Assembly: GCA_046726415.1 (NCBI GenBank)
Contig: JBKPAK010000050.1
Coordinates: 1-58,731, forward strand
Direction: 5' to 3'
DNA from: Candidatus Methylomirabilota bacterium
GTDB taxonomy: Bacteria > Methylomirabilota > Methylomirabilia > Rokubacteriales > CSP1-6
DNA length: 58,731 bases
Part shown: one piece after another, positions 19,121-29,022 of the stretch
Position numbering within the stretch: position 1 is the first letter of the stretch
How the letters are laid out: each line of letters opens with the position of its first letter
The notes under the pieces: model-generated
The model's input: only the letters and a program-made list of their open reading frames with translations
Databases searched by the model: none
Told to the model about the DNA's origin: nothing
Position numbers and translations under genes: made by a program

Positions 19121-20524
19121 ATGACCATCGAGATCGGAATATTCCACAACGGCGCCTCCGACCTGAAGGCGGTCACCACGCCGTCCGGCGTGGTGGTGAA
19201 CGACGGCTCGCTGGCGGAGGTACACCAGAGCTACCAGCGCGTCCTCGTCGCTCAGCTCCGGCAAGGGATCCTGGCCGATCAGCTCGGGTATGACTACTGG
19301 TTCATGACGGAGCATCACTTCATGCCCGAGGGGCCGGAGTTCAGCCCCAACCCGCTGCTGACGGAGGCGGCGATCGCCTCCCAGACCAAGCGGATCCGCT
19401 TCGGCCAGATGGCGAATATCCTGCCGTGGTGGCATCCGCTGCGCGTCGCCGAGCAGGCGGCGATGCTGGATGTGATCAGCGGCGGGCGGCTGGAGTTCGG
19501 CATCGGCCGCGGCTACCAGCCGCGCGAGGCGGAGACCTGGGGCTGGCGCTACGGCTCGACCATCCAGGACCAGGAGCGCAACCGCGCCTACTTCGAAGAG
19601 GCCTTCGAGATCATCATGAAGGCCTGGACGCAGCTGTCCTTCTCCCATCACGGCGAGTACTGGTCGTTGCCGCCCCGGCACACCAAGTGGAACCACAAGG
19701 CGACGATGGCCTACTTCAACATGCCCAAGGCGGGGCGCAGGGTGGAGGACGTGCTCAACGTCGGGCCGCCCGACATGTACTCGATGGGCAGTCCGATCAT
19801 GGCCTCGACCACGACCTTGAAGGAGCTGAGCGTCTTCCCGCAGCCGGTACAGAAGCCGCACCCGCAGGTGTGGGAGCCGGTGACGAGCGAGCGCTCGATT
19901 CGCTGGGCCGCGCGCAACAAGGTCAACGCCTTCACCGTGCCCGAGCCAACCTCGCGCCTGAGGCGCAACATCGAGATCTACTACGAGGAGGCGGAGAAGC
20001 ACGGCTGGCCCGACCGGCTGAATCGCGGCCGCTGGAAGCGCGGCTGGGACGCGCAGAAGCACCGCGGCTTCGGCTGCTGCCGCTACGTGCACATCCTCCG
20101 TCCTGGCCACGAGCGGGAGGATTTGCAGCGGTACAAGGAACCGATCGAGCTGCAGTGGGACTACTACGGCCCGTTCGGCTTTGCTGCCGTGTTGTCCGAC
20201 CTGGGCGAGCCGATGTACGACCTGAACATGAAGGTCACCGCGGACCTGATCATGCAGAAGGAGATCGCTCTCGTGGGCACCGCGGAGGAGGTCGTGCACA
20301 AGATCATGCGCATCAAGGAGACCTGCGGCTACGACGACTTCATGTTCACGGCCTGGTTCGAGGCGGGCGGCTACGCCACGGAAGAGATCGAGGAGCAGAT
20401 GCAGGTCTTCGCCGCCGAAGTGATGCCCGTGCTGCACCGCGAGTGCGGCGGCGCCCCGACCTTGCCTGAATCCACCGTCCAGCTCGTGCCGGAGCGCGTG
20501 CCGGCGGGGATGGCAGGATCATAG
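19121..20524 (+). CDS. Luciferase-like (LLM class) flavin-dependent monooxygenase
   Basis: WFMTEHHF, HPLRVAEQAAMLDVISGGRLEFGIGRGY, PQPVQKPHP. Confidence 0.92.
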   Translation: MTIEIGIFHNGASDLKAVTTPSGVVVNDGSLAEVHQSYQRVLVAQLRQGILADQLGYDYWFMTEHHFMPEGPEFSPNPLLTEAAIASQTKRIRFGQMANILPWWHPLRVAEQAAMLDVISGGRLEFGIGRGYQPREAETWGWRYGSTIQDQERNRAYFEEAFEIIMKAWTQLSFSHHGEYWSLPPRHTKWNHKATMAYFNMPKAGRRVEDVLNVGPPDMYSMGSPIMASTTTLKELSVFPQPVQKPHPQVWEPVTSERSIRWAARNKVNAFTVPEPTSRLRRNIEIYYEEAEKHGWPDRLNRGRWKRGWDAQKHRGFGCCRYVHILRPGHEREDLQRYKEPIELQWDYYGPFGFAAVLSDLGEPMYDLNMKVTADLIMQKEIALVGTAEEVVHKIMRIKETCGYDDFMFTAWFEAGGYATEEIEEQMQVFAAEVMPVLHRECGGAPTLPESTVQLVPERVPAGMAGS

Positions 20525-20615
20525 CCGAGACAGGGGCCCGAGCGATGGTATGCGCGGAGGTCGCTCTCGACCTCCGTGCTGGACGTGACCCGGCTGACTG
20601 AGCATGGGGGTCGAC

Positions 20616-21512
20616 ATGGCAAGCAAGGAGCTCGATCGAGCGATCGAACTGCAGCGGTCGCTCTTGCAGGAGTTCGCCGCGGCGCAGACGCCCGCGGAGT
20701 TTCGGGCGATCTACGGCCGTTTCTTGGGGCAATTCCCGCCCCCCGCGGACGTGAAGATCCAGTCGGTGGACGCGGGCGGTATTTCCGCCGAATGGGTGAT
20801 CCCGCCAGGCGCCGCGGCCCGGCGGACTGTCCTCTACTTGCATGGCGGCGGTTACGTGGTCGGCGCGCCCAAGGATTATCGGGGAATGGTGTCTCACATC
20901 GCACGAGCTGCCCAGGCCCAGGCGCTGACGCTCGACTATCGGTTGGCGCCGGAAAACCCGCATCCGGCGGCAGTCGAGGACGCCGTGGCGGCGTACCGCT
21001 GGCTCCTAGCGAATGGCGGCGAGCCTGGCCGCACCGTGTTGGCCGGCGATTCGGCGGGGGGCGGGCTGACCGTGGCCGCGCTTGTCTCGCTGCGCGATCG
21101 AGGCGATCGCCTCCCGGCGGCTGGTGTGTGCATCTGCCCCTGGGTCGACCTGGAGATCACCGGCAAGTCGATGGACGCGAACGCGGAGGCGGATCCCCTC
21201 GTCAAGCGGGACGTCGTCGCCAACATGGCCACCGCCTATCTGCAGGGTCAGGATCCGCGGACGCCGCTCGCGTCGCCCCTCCACGCCAATCTCAGGGGAT
21301 TGCCGCCGCTGCTCATTCAGGTGGGGCAGTCCGAGACCTTGTTGGACGACGCCAGCCGACTCGCCGAGCGGGCGAGGACCGCCGGCGTCGACGTGACCTA
21401 CGAGCCGTGGCCGGACATGATCCACGTCTGGCAGGGCTTCGGCTCGTTCTTGCCTGAAGCCCGGCAGGCCATCGATCGGATCGGCGAGTTCATCAGGCAG
21501 CGGACGAACTGA
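20616..21512 (+). CDS. Alpha/beta hydrolase, hormone-sensitive lipase family esterase
   Basis: HGGG, DYRLAPE, GDSAGG, E..LDD, HVW. Confidence 0.95.
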   Translation: MASKELDRAIELQRSLLQEFAAAQTPAEFRAIYGRFLGQFPPPADVKIQSVDAGGISAEWVIPPGAAARRTVLYLHGGGYVVGAPKDYRGMVSHIARAAQAQALTLDYRLAPENPHPAAVEDAVAAYRWLLANGGEPGRTVLAGDSAGGGLTVAALVSLRDRGDRLPAAGVCICPWVDLEITGKSMDANAEADPLVKRDVVANMATAYLQGQDPRTPLASPLHANLRGLPPLLIQVGQSETLLDDASRLAERARTAGVDVTYEPWPDMIHVWQGFGSFLPEARQAIDRIGEFIRQRTN

Positions 21513-21549
21513 TTGCGATGCGCCGGCGGAGGATGGCGCCGAGAAGGGG

Positions 21550-22120
21550 CCACTCCTCGCGGGGCGAAGGTCAGCGGAAAGAAGTCCAGCCAGACCAGGT
21601 CGCCCTCGTTCAGGGCGTTGTCCCCGAGCGAGCTGCGCCGGAACAATGCCGCGAAGACGTGGTACGTCCCCACCGGGATACCGCCGGCCGGGAACGTGAA
21701 GTCGAGCACCTCCGCGCCCACTCGCTCACCGCCCTCGAGCGCCAGCATCGGCGCCACCGACGCCGGGGCGCTGAACTGCCCCAGACCGCCGAAGAGGTGG
21801 GGTGCGGCCAAGAAGACGATCGTGTCGCCGTCGGGAAAGAGAGCACCCACGTAGAGGTCCACGAGCTCGCCGCCTGGCGGATTGCACGCATGGACGCCGA
21901 GGGAGAGTTCGGCCCGGCCCGGAAAGATGTTCCGCTCGAGAGGACTTCCGCAAAGGCGGGCCAGCCGCCCGTCGTCACAGCCGTCACGTTGACAGAGAAG
22001 GCCCCGCTATTCGTCTGCCAGGTGCGACCGTCCACGGTTCCCAGAAACAGGCGGCTGGCTCGGGGCGGCACCATGAATTGCTGCGCGGTTCCGGTGCGGC
22101 GTCCGATACGTAGAGCGAAG
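21550..22120 (-). pseudogene. Fragment of a probable secreted multidomain protein
   Basis: QQFMVP..ASRLFLGTVDG..W..NSGAFSVNVT, then after a frameshift DLYVGALFPDGDTIVFL...GTYHVFAALF. No N-terminus; boundaries approximate. Confidence 0.45.
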
Positions 22121-22195
22121 CCCCCGGCGCGCTCGCAGTCGAGGTCGCGCTTTCGAGCTCCTCCCACTTTCTCGCCACGCTAGGATCTACTCGTT

Positions 22196-25100
22196 ATGTT
22201 CGAGACATTCCAGTCGTCCTCGGCCGCCGCGCGGCTCGGCGCCGCCGGGGCCTTCATCGAGCGCGTTCCGGCCGCGGCGGAACTCCTGATCGTCGGCGCG
22301 TCCCGTGAAGCGGCGGATGACTTGGCCCGGAGGGTCACGAGAGCTCGCGGCGCGACGTTCGGGCTGCACCGCGCAAGCCTCGCGCAGCTCGCCGTGCGCT
22401 GTGCCGCCGCGGAGATGGCGCGGCTCGGCGTGGCGCCGGCCACGGCGCTCGGCGCGGAAGCGGTCGCCGCGCGGGTGAGCTTCGAGGCGCTGCGGGAGGA
22501 GGCCCTCGCGTACTTCGCGCCGGTCGCGCGGTTCTCCGGCTTTGCCCGCGCGCTCGCGGCAACGCTCGGGGAGCTACGGCTCGGCCGCGTGACCGCGGGC
22601 GCGCTGGAGGCGCTCGATGGCCCGGCGCGCGACGTTGCGGAGCTGGCCCGGCGCTTCGAAGGACAGCTCGAGGCGGGCAAGGTCGCCGACCGCGCCGCGC
22701 TTCTAGCCATCGCGACGCGCGCCGCCGCGGAGGGGGCCCTCGACACCTTGCGCCAGATACCGATGGTTCTGCTCGACGTCCCCATCGCCGGGCCGGCCGA
22801 GCGCGACTTCGTCGATTCGCTCACCAGGTTGTCGCCGGCGGTGCTGGTGACCGTCCCCACCGGCGACGACGCCACGCTCGACGCCCTCCGGGCCTTGGGG
22901 GTCCCGGCCCCCGGCAACTCTTCGACGCCCGCCATCTCCATCGACGAGTCCGACCTCGCGCGAGCACGCGACTTTCTGTTCGCCGCGACCGCGCCGCCAC
23001 CGGGCGAGGCGCGCGGCGATGTCCGGTTCTTCTCAGCCCCCGGCGAGGGACGGGAGGTGGTCGAGATCGCGCGGCGCATCCTCGACGAAGCGCGGGCGGG
23101 GACGCCCTTCGACGAGATAGCGGTGCTCCTTCGCGCGCCCGAGGTCTACGCGTCGCTGCTCGAAGTGGCGCTGCGCCGCGCGGGCGTCTCCGCTTGGTTC
23201 GCTCGGGGCACGTCACGCCCCGACCCCTCGGGTCGCGCGTTCCTCGCGCTGCTCGACTGCGCGCTGGAGGGTCTCTCGGCGCGGAGGTTCGCCGAGTACC
23301 TCTCGCTCGGGCAGGTGCCGTCGCTCGACGAGGCCGGCGCGCCGCCGGTGAACCGCGCGGTGTGGACAGCACCCGAGGACGAGACCTTGGGCCCGGCGGC
23401 GGAAGGCGAGTTGCCGGGAAGCTCCGGGGCCACCTTGCCCGACGCCGGCGCCTCGGATGATCCGGATGCCGACGACCACCCGGTGGTCGAGGGCACCCTG
23501 CGCGCGCCGTGGAGATGGGAGCAGCTCCTGGTGGAGTCCGCCGTGATCGGTGGCAAGGATCGCTGGAGTCGCCGCCTGGCTGGCCTCGACGCGGAATTCC
23601 GCGCGCGGCTCGCCCGGTTTCGCGAAGAGGAGCCCGACTCGCCTCGGACGTTGGCGATCGAGCGGGACCTCCGCAACCTCGAGCACCTGCGGCGCTTCGC
23701 GGTCCCCGTCATCGAGCGGCTCACGGCGCTCCCGGCGCGCGGAACGTGGGGCGACTGGATCGCCGCGCTGGAGACGCTCGCCCCGACCGTGTTGAGACGG
23801 CCGGAACGGGTGCTGACCGTTCTCGCCGCGCTGCGACCGCTCGAGGTGATCGGGCCCGTGGCGCTCGACGAAGTGCGCGATGTTCTCGCCGGGGAGCTGA
23901 CCACGCTCGCCGAGCGTCCCCCAGCGGACCGGTACGGGCGCGTCTTCGTCGGCACGGTCGAGCAGGCACGGGGGCGGAGCTTCGAGGTGGTCTTCCTGCC
24001 GGGGCTGGCCGAGCGGATCTTCCCGCAGAAACCACGCGAGGACCCGATCTTGCTCGATGCGCTTCGGCGCGACCTCGACGCCTCGCTCGCCACGCAGGAC
24101 GACCGGGGCCGTCGAGAGCGCCTTCTACTCCGGCTCGCCGTCGGGGCGGCCCGCCGAGGCCTGCACCTCTCGTACTCGCGCATCGAGCAGACGGAGGCGC
24201 GCCCGCGGGTACCGTCCTTCTACGCGCTCGAGGTGGCGCGCGCGCTCACCGGCCGCGTGCCGGAGCCGCCGCGGATGGAACGCGAGGCGGCAGCCGCCGC
24301 GGGGGCCCGGCTCGCGTGGCCCGCGCCGGACGACCCAGCGCGCGCGATCGACGAAGTGGAGCACGACCTTGCGACGCTCCGGGCCCTGCTGGCGAGTGGC
24401 GAGGCGAGCGGACGCGCCCGCTACCTTCTGGAATCGAATGACTGTCTCGCCCGCTCGCTCCGGACGCGGTGGGCGCGCTGGCGCCGACGCTTCACGCCGG
24501 CCGACGGCCTCGTGCGTGTAACGGACGGCACCCGCGAGGCGCTGGCTGCCGCGCGGCTCGGGGCCCGCGCCTACTCGGCCTCGGCGCTCCAGAAGTTCTC
24601 GGCGTGCCCGTACCAGTTCTTCCTGTCGGCGATCTGCCGGCTCGAGCCACGCCCCGAGGTGGCGCCTATCGTGGAGCTGGATCCGGCGACGCGCGGCCAC
24701 CTGTTCCACCGGGTGCAGGCGGACGCGATGCGCGCGCTCGCCGACGAGGGGCGATTGCCCCTTGCCGCCGACGCGCTCGAGCCGGCGAGGGCCGCGCTCG
24801 ACCGGACGCTCGACCGGGTGGCGGAACAATATCGCGAGGAGCTCGCGCCGGCAATCCAGCGCGTCTGGCAGGACGAGGTGGCGTCGATGCGCGCCGATCT
24901 CCGGATGTGGCTCGAGCAATCCGCCGCGGCCCAGGCCGAGTGGGAGCCCTTCGCGTTCGAGCTGGCGTACGGGCTCCCGCGCGATCCCCTGAACGACCCG
25001 CGTAGCGTCGAGGCGGAGGTGACCCTGCCCGAGGGCTACCGGCTGCGCGGCATCGTCGACCTGGTCGAACGCAAGCGCGGGGGTCCCGACCTGCGCGTGA

Positions 25101-25486
25101 CCGATTACAAGACAGGCGGCAACTACACGCGGCGGAACCTGATCGTGGGCGGCGGCGAGATGCTCCAGCCGGTCCTCTACGGCCTGGCTGTCGAGCACCT
25201 GCTCTCGGCGCGGGTGGTCGAGTCGCGGCTCTTCTACTGCACGCGCGCCGGCGGGTTCTCCGAGCGCCTCGTGCCGCTGTCCGCCGAGCCGCGACGTCGC
25301 GGCTCGGAGGTGCTCGCGGCCATCGACCGCGCGATCGCCAGCGGCTTCCTGCCGGCCGCGCCGCGGGCGCGGGCGTGCGGGATCTGCGACTTCCGCGATG
25401 TCTGCGGCCCCAGTGAGGAGCTGCGCATCAAGCAGAAGGACCAGGCGCGAATCGAAGAGCTCACCGACCTGAGAACCTGGCCGTGA
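22196..25486 (+). CDS. addB: AddB-like subunit: inactive helicase scaffold plus PD-(D/E)XK nuclease with Fe-S cysteines
   Basis: SASALQKFSACPYQF, RGHLFH, RGIVDLVE, VTDYKTG, LQPVLY, CGICDFRDVC; directly upstream of addA. Confidence 0.85.
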   Translation: MFETFQSSSAAARLGAAGAFIERVPAAAELLIVGASREAADDLARRVTRARGATFGLHRASLAQLAVRCAAAEMARLGVAPATALGAEAVAARVSFEALREEALAYFAPVARFSGFARALAATLGELRLGRVTAGALEALDGPARDVAELARRFEGQLEAGKVADRAALLAIATRAAAEGALDTLRQIPMVLLDVPIAGPAERDFVDSLTRLSPAVLVTVPTGDDATLDALRALGVPAPGNSSTPAISIDESDLARARDFLFAATAPPPGEARGDVRFFSAPGEGREVVEIARRILDEARAGTPFDEIAVLLRAPEVYASLLEVALRRAGVSAWFARGTSRPDPSGRAFLALLDCALEGLSARRFAEYLSLGQVPSLDEAGAPPVNRAVWTAPEDETLGPAAEGELPGSSGATLPDAGASDDPDADDHPVVEGTLRAPWRWEQLLVESAVIGGKDRWSRRLAGLDAEFRARLARFREEEPDSPRTLAIERDLRNLEHLRRFAVPVIERLTALPARGTWGDWIAALETLAPTVLRRPERVLTVLAALRPLEVIGPVALDEVRDVLAGELTTLAERPPADRYGRVFVGTVEQARGRSFEVVFLPGLAERIFPQKPREDPILLDALRRDLDASLATQDDRGRRERLLLRLAVGAARRGLHLSYSRIEQTEARPRVPSFYALEVARALTGRVPEPPRMEREAAAAAGARLAWPAPDDPARAIDEVEHDLATLRALLASGEASGRARYLLESNDCLARSLRTRWARWRRRFTPADGLVRVTDGTREALAAARLGARAYSASALQKFSACPYQFFLSAICRLEPRPEVAPIVELDPATRGHLFHRVQADAMRALADEGRLPLAADALEPARAALDRTLDRVAEQYREELAPAIQRVWQDEVASMRADLRMWLEQSAAAQAEWEPFAFELAYGLPRDPLNDPRSVEAEVTLPEGYRLRGIVDLVERKRGGPDLRVTDYKTGGNYTRRNLIVGGGEMLQPVLYGLAVEHLLSARVVESRLFYCTRAGGFSERLVPLSAEPRRRGSEVLAAIDRAIASGFLPAAPRARACGICDFRDVCGPSEELRIKQKDQARIEELTDLRTWP

Positions 25487-25535
25487 GCGGCGCGCTCGGC
25501 GAAGGGCCCTCGGGTACGCGGACGGACGTGCCGGC

Positions 25536-28500
25536 GTGAGGGCGCTCGTCGATCAGGCCGAGCGGGAGCGCATCAGGGCGTCGCTCGACGAGACCCTGGT
25601 CGTCGAGGCGGCGGCTGGCACCGGCAAGACGAGCGAGCTGGTCGCGCGCCTCGTCAACGTCCTCGCCGAGGGGCGCGGGACCGTTCAGACGATCGCCGCG
25701 CTCACGTTCACCGAGAAGGCGGCCGGCGAGCTGAAGCTCCGGCTGCGCGCCGGGCTCGAGGACGAGCGCGAGCGAGCGGCGGAGGGCAGCGCGCAGCGCG
25801 GCCGGCTCGAGGACGCCATCGCCCACCTCGAGGAGGCTCGCGTCAGCACGATCCACGGCTTCTGCAACGACCTCCTTCACCAGCGGCCTGTCGAGGCGCG
25901 CGTGGACCCGAGCTTCGAAGTGCTGCCGGAGGCGGAGGCCGAGGCGCTCTACCGGCGCGCGTTCGACGGCTGGCTCAGCGAGAAGCTCGAGGCCCCGCCA
26001 GAAGGGCTCCGGCGCGCTCTGCGCCGGCGCGCGTTCGACGGCGACCCGGTCGACCGGCTCCGGCGCGCGGGCTGGCAGCTCGTCGGCTGGCGCGACTTCC
26101 GCGCGGGTTGGCAGCGCCGCGCGTTCGACCGGGCGACGGCGATCGAGGCGCTCGTCGCGCGGGTGCATGGACTCCATGCGCAGCTCACCACGCGCGCGAT
26201 CACCGCGGATACGCTCTACGCGGACCTCTGGCCGCTGCGGCGGCTCAGCGAGGACGTCCGCACGCGCGAGCGCGTCGCGCCCAGGGACCACGACTGGCTC
26301 GAGGCGGCGCTGATCGATCTGCTCGGCGAGCGGACCTTCAAGAGCCCGCACCGGGGGCACCCGCGCAACGACCGGGGCGGTGTGACGCGGGAGGCGGTCC
26401 TCGCTGCCCACGCAGAGCTCCTGGCATCGCTCGAGGCGTTCGCCCGCGAGGCGGACGCGGACCTGGCCGCGCTCGTCCAGCAGGGCCTTCTCGAGGTGGT
26501 CGACCGCTACGAAGAGCTCAAGACGCGCACCGCCTCGCTCGACTTCGTCGACCTCCTGTTGAGGGCGCGCGATCTCCTGCGTGACCGGAGCGAGGTCCGG
26601 GCCGATCTTCAGCACCAACTCACCCATATCTTCGTCGACGAGTTCCAGGACACCGACCCGCTCCAGGCGGAGATCGTGCTCCTGCTGGCCGCCTCGGACC
26701 CGGCGGTGAGCCGCTGGCAGGACGCCACGCCCGCGCCGGGCAAGCTCTTCATCGTGGGCGACCCGAAGCAGTCGATCTACCGATTCCGCCGCGCCGACGT
26801 GGGGACGTACCAGACGGTGAAGGAGCTGCTGATCGCCCGCGGCGCCGCGTGCATCTATCTCACCACGAGCTTCCGGGCGATTCCGTCCATCCAGCATCTA
26901 GTGAACGCGGCGTTCGCGCCGGCCATGAGGGAGGACCGCGCGGCGCTCCAGGCGGGATACGTGCCGCTCAGCCCGTACCGCGACGCGCTCCCGGGCCAAC
27001 CGGGCATCGTCGCGCTTCCGGTGCCGAAGCCGTACGGGCGGCACGGCGGATTCGCGAAATCGGCCGTGGAGGAATCGCTGCCCGAGTCCGTCGGCGCGTT
27101 CGTGGCGTGGCTCCTGAAAGAGAGCGGGTGGAAGGTCACCGACCGCGAGCGGCCAGGGGAAGCGCTTCCGATCTCGGCGCGCCACGTGTGCCTGCTCTTC
27201 CGGCGCTTCACGTCGTGGGGGGCGGACGTCACGCGCCCATACACGGTGGCCCTCGAGGCGCGCGGGATCGCGCACCTCCTGGTAGGTGGCCGATCCTTCC
27301 ACCTCCGGGAGGAAGTGGAAAGCCTGCGCACGGCGCTGGCGGCGGTCGAGTGGCCCGACGACGAGCTGTCCGTGTACGCGACGCTCAAGGGCCCGCTCTT
27401 CGCCATCGGGGACGAGGAACTCATCGAATACCGCGGGCGGTTCCGCCGGTTGCATCCCTATCGACCGCCCCAGGAAGCGGTCGGAACGTGCCTGCAGCCG
27501 GTGGTCGACGCGCTCGCGCTGTTGCGGTCGCTCCACGGGCTCCGGAACTATCGGCCAGTCGAGGAGACGGTGAACCGGTTGCTCACGGCGACGCGCGCGT
27601 ACGCGGCGTTCGTGCTGCGCCCGTGGGGCGAGCAGGCGCTGGCCAACGTGCTGCGCGTCGCGGAGCTCGCGCGTACGTACGAAGCCGCGGGCAGCATCTC
27701 GTTCCGCGGCTTCGTCGAACGGCTCCGCCAGGAGGCGGAGGGCGAGGCGCCGGAAGCACCGATCGTGGAGGAGTCGAGCGAGGGCGTCCGCATCATGACC
27801 GTCCACAAGGCCAAAGGGCTCGAGTTCCCGGTGGTGATCCTGGCCGACATCACCGCGGGCATCGCGGGAAATCCGGGCCGGTATATCGAGGCCGAGCGCG
27901 GGCTCTGCGCGCTGCGTCTGGGCGGTTGGCGGCCCTGGGACCTCCTCGAGCACGAGGCAGACGAGCTCGCCCGCGATCGCGCCGAGGGTGTGCGCGTGGC
28001 CTACGTCGCGGCCACGCGCGCGCGCGACCTGCTCGTCGTCCCGGCGGTGGGCGACGACCCGTTTGTCGCCAAGTGGGAAGGGGCGGGCGACGGCTGGGTG
28101 AGCCCGGTGCACATGGCCGTCTACCCGCCGGCGGAGCGACGGCGGACGTCGCAGCGCGCGCCGGGATGCCCGACGTTCGGCGAGGACAGCGTCCTCGAGC
28201 GCCCCGACCGCGACACGCCCGGACGGGACAACGTCCGGCCGGGCCTTCACGCGTTCGGGGAAGGTGGTGGCGTGGGCGGCTACGACGTCGCCTGGTGGGA
28301 TCCCCGAAGCCTCGCGCTCGATGTGCAGCGGGTCTACGGGCTGCGCCGCGAGGATCTGATCCAGGACCCCGGCCGCGAGACCGTCGAGACCGACCGCAAG
28401 CGGTACGACGAGTGGCTCGCCGCGCGCCGGGCCGCGCAGGAGCGGGGCGCCCGACCCAGCCTCCGCGTCCGTGCAGTCACGGAGTGGTCGCGCGCCACGC

Positions 28501-29012
28501 CGGATGATGGCGACAGCGCTGCGCTCGCCTCCGACGTCGCGCTCATCGCCGTGTCGCCCGCCGGCGAAAGACCCGGAGGTCCACGGTTCGGAAGGCTCGT
28601 GCACGCGGCGCTGGCGACCCTCGCGCTCGACGCGACACCCGCCCAGATCGCCGAGGGCGTGAGCCTGCAGGCGCGCATCCTGGGCGCGCCGGTGGCAGAG
28701 GTGGAGGCGGCGACGATGCTCGTCGCTGCGGCGCTCGCGCATCCCCTGATGGCGCGCGCCCGGGACGCTTGGCGCGCCGGCCGGTGCCGTCGCGAGGCGC
28801 CCGTGGCTTGCCGCGAGCCCGACGGCTCGTTGGTGGAAGGCGTGCTGGACCTCGCGTTCGAGGACGACGGCGGCTGGACGGTCGTCGACTTCAAGACCGA
28901 CGCCGAGATGGCCGCGGCCCTCGGGCGGTACCGGCGCCAGGTCGGGCTCTACGCGTCAGTCGTGGCGAAGGCGACCGGAAAGCGCGTGACGGCTGTGGTG
29001 ATGCAGCTGTGA
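25536..29012 (+). CDS. addA: AddA-like UvrD helicase with C-terminal nuclease
   Basis: AAAGTGKT, TFTEKAA, VDEFQD, VGDPKQSIYRFR, MTVHKAKGLEFP, YVAATRARD, GVLDL, VVDFKTD, Q..LY. Confidence 0.9.
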   Translation: MRALVDQAERERIRASLDETLVVEAAAGTGKTSELVARLVNVLAEGRGTVQTIAALTFTEKAAGELKLRLRAGLEDERERAAEGSAQRGRLEDAIAHLEEARVSTIHGFCNDLLHQRPVEARVDPSFEVLPEAEAEALYRRAFDGWLSEKLEAPPEGLRRALRRRAFDGDPVDRLRRAGWQLVGWRDFRAGWQRRAFDRATAIEALVARVHGLHAQLTTRAITADTLYADLWPLRRLSEDVRTRERVAPRDHDWLEAALIDLLGERTFKSPHRGHPRNDRGGVTREAVLAAHAELLASLEAFAREADADLAALVQQGLLEVVDRYEELKTRTASLDFVDLLLRARDLLRDRSEVRADLQHQLTHIFVDEFQDTDPLQAEIVLLLAASDPAVSRWQDATPAPGKLFIVGDPKQSIYRFRRADVGTYQTVKELLIARGAACIYLTTSFRAIPSIQHLVNAAFAPAMREDRAALQAGYVPLSPYRDALPGQPGIVALPVPKPYGRHGGFAKSAVEESLPESVGAFVAWLLKESGWKVTDRERPGEALPISARHVCLLFRRFTSWGADVTRPYTVALEARGIAHLLVGGRSFHLREEVESLRTALAAVEWPDDELSVYATLKGPLFAIGDEELIEYRGRFRRLHPYRPPQEAVGTCLQPVVDALALLRSLHGLRNYRPVEETVNRLLTATRAYAAFVLRPWGEQALANVLRVAELARTYEAAGSISFRGFVERLRQEAEGEAPEAPIVEESSEGVRIMTVHKAKGLEFPVVILADITAGIAGNPGRYIEAERGLCALRLGGWRPWDLLEHEADELARDRAEGVRVAYVAATRARDLLVVPAVGDDPFVAKWEGAGDGWVSPVHMAVYPPAERRRTSQRAPGCPTFGEDSVLERPDRDTPGRDNVRPGLHAFGEGGGVGGYDVAWWDPRSLALDVQRVYGLRREDLIQDPGRETVETDRKRYDEWLAARRAAQERGARPSLRVRAVTEWSRATPDDGDSAALASDVALIAVSPAGERPGGPRFGRLVHAALATLALDATPAQIAEGVSLQARILGAPVAEVEAATMLVAAALAHPLMARARDAWRAGRCRREAPVACREPDGSLVEGVLDLAFEDDGGWTVVDFKTDAEMAAALGRYRRQVGLYASVVAKATGKRVTAVVMQL

Positions 29013-29022
29013 GCCTGCGCCC

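Noticed and set aside
22196..29012. Novel helicase-nuclease defence system or Cas4 locus
   Set aside because: Size, order and motifs fit housekeeping AddAB; the Fe-S nuclease is the AddB type.
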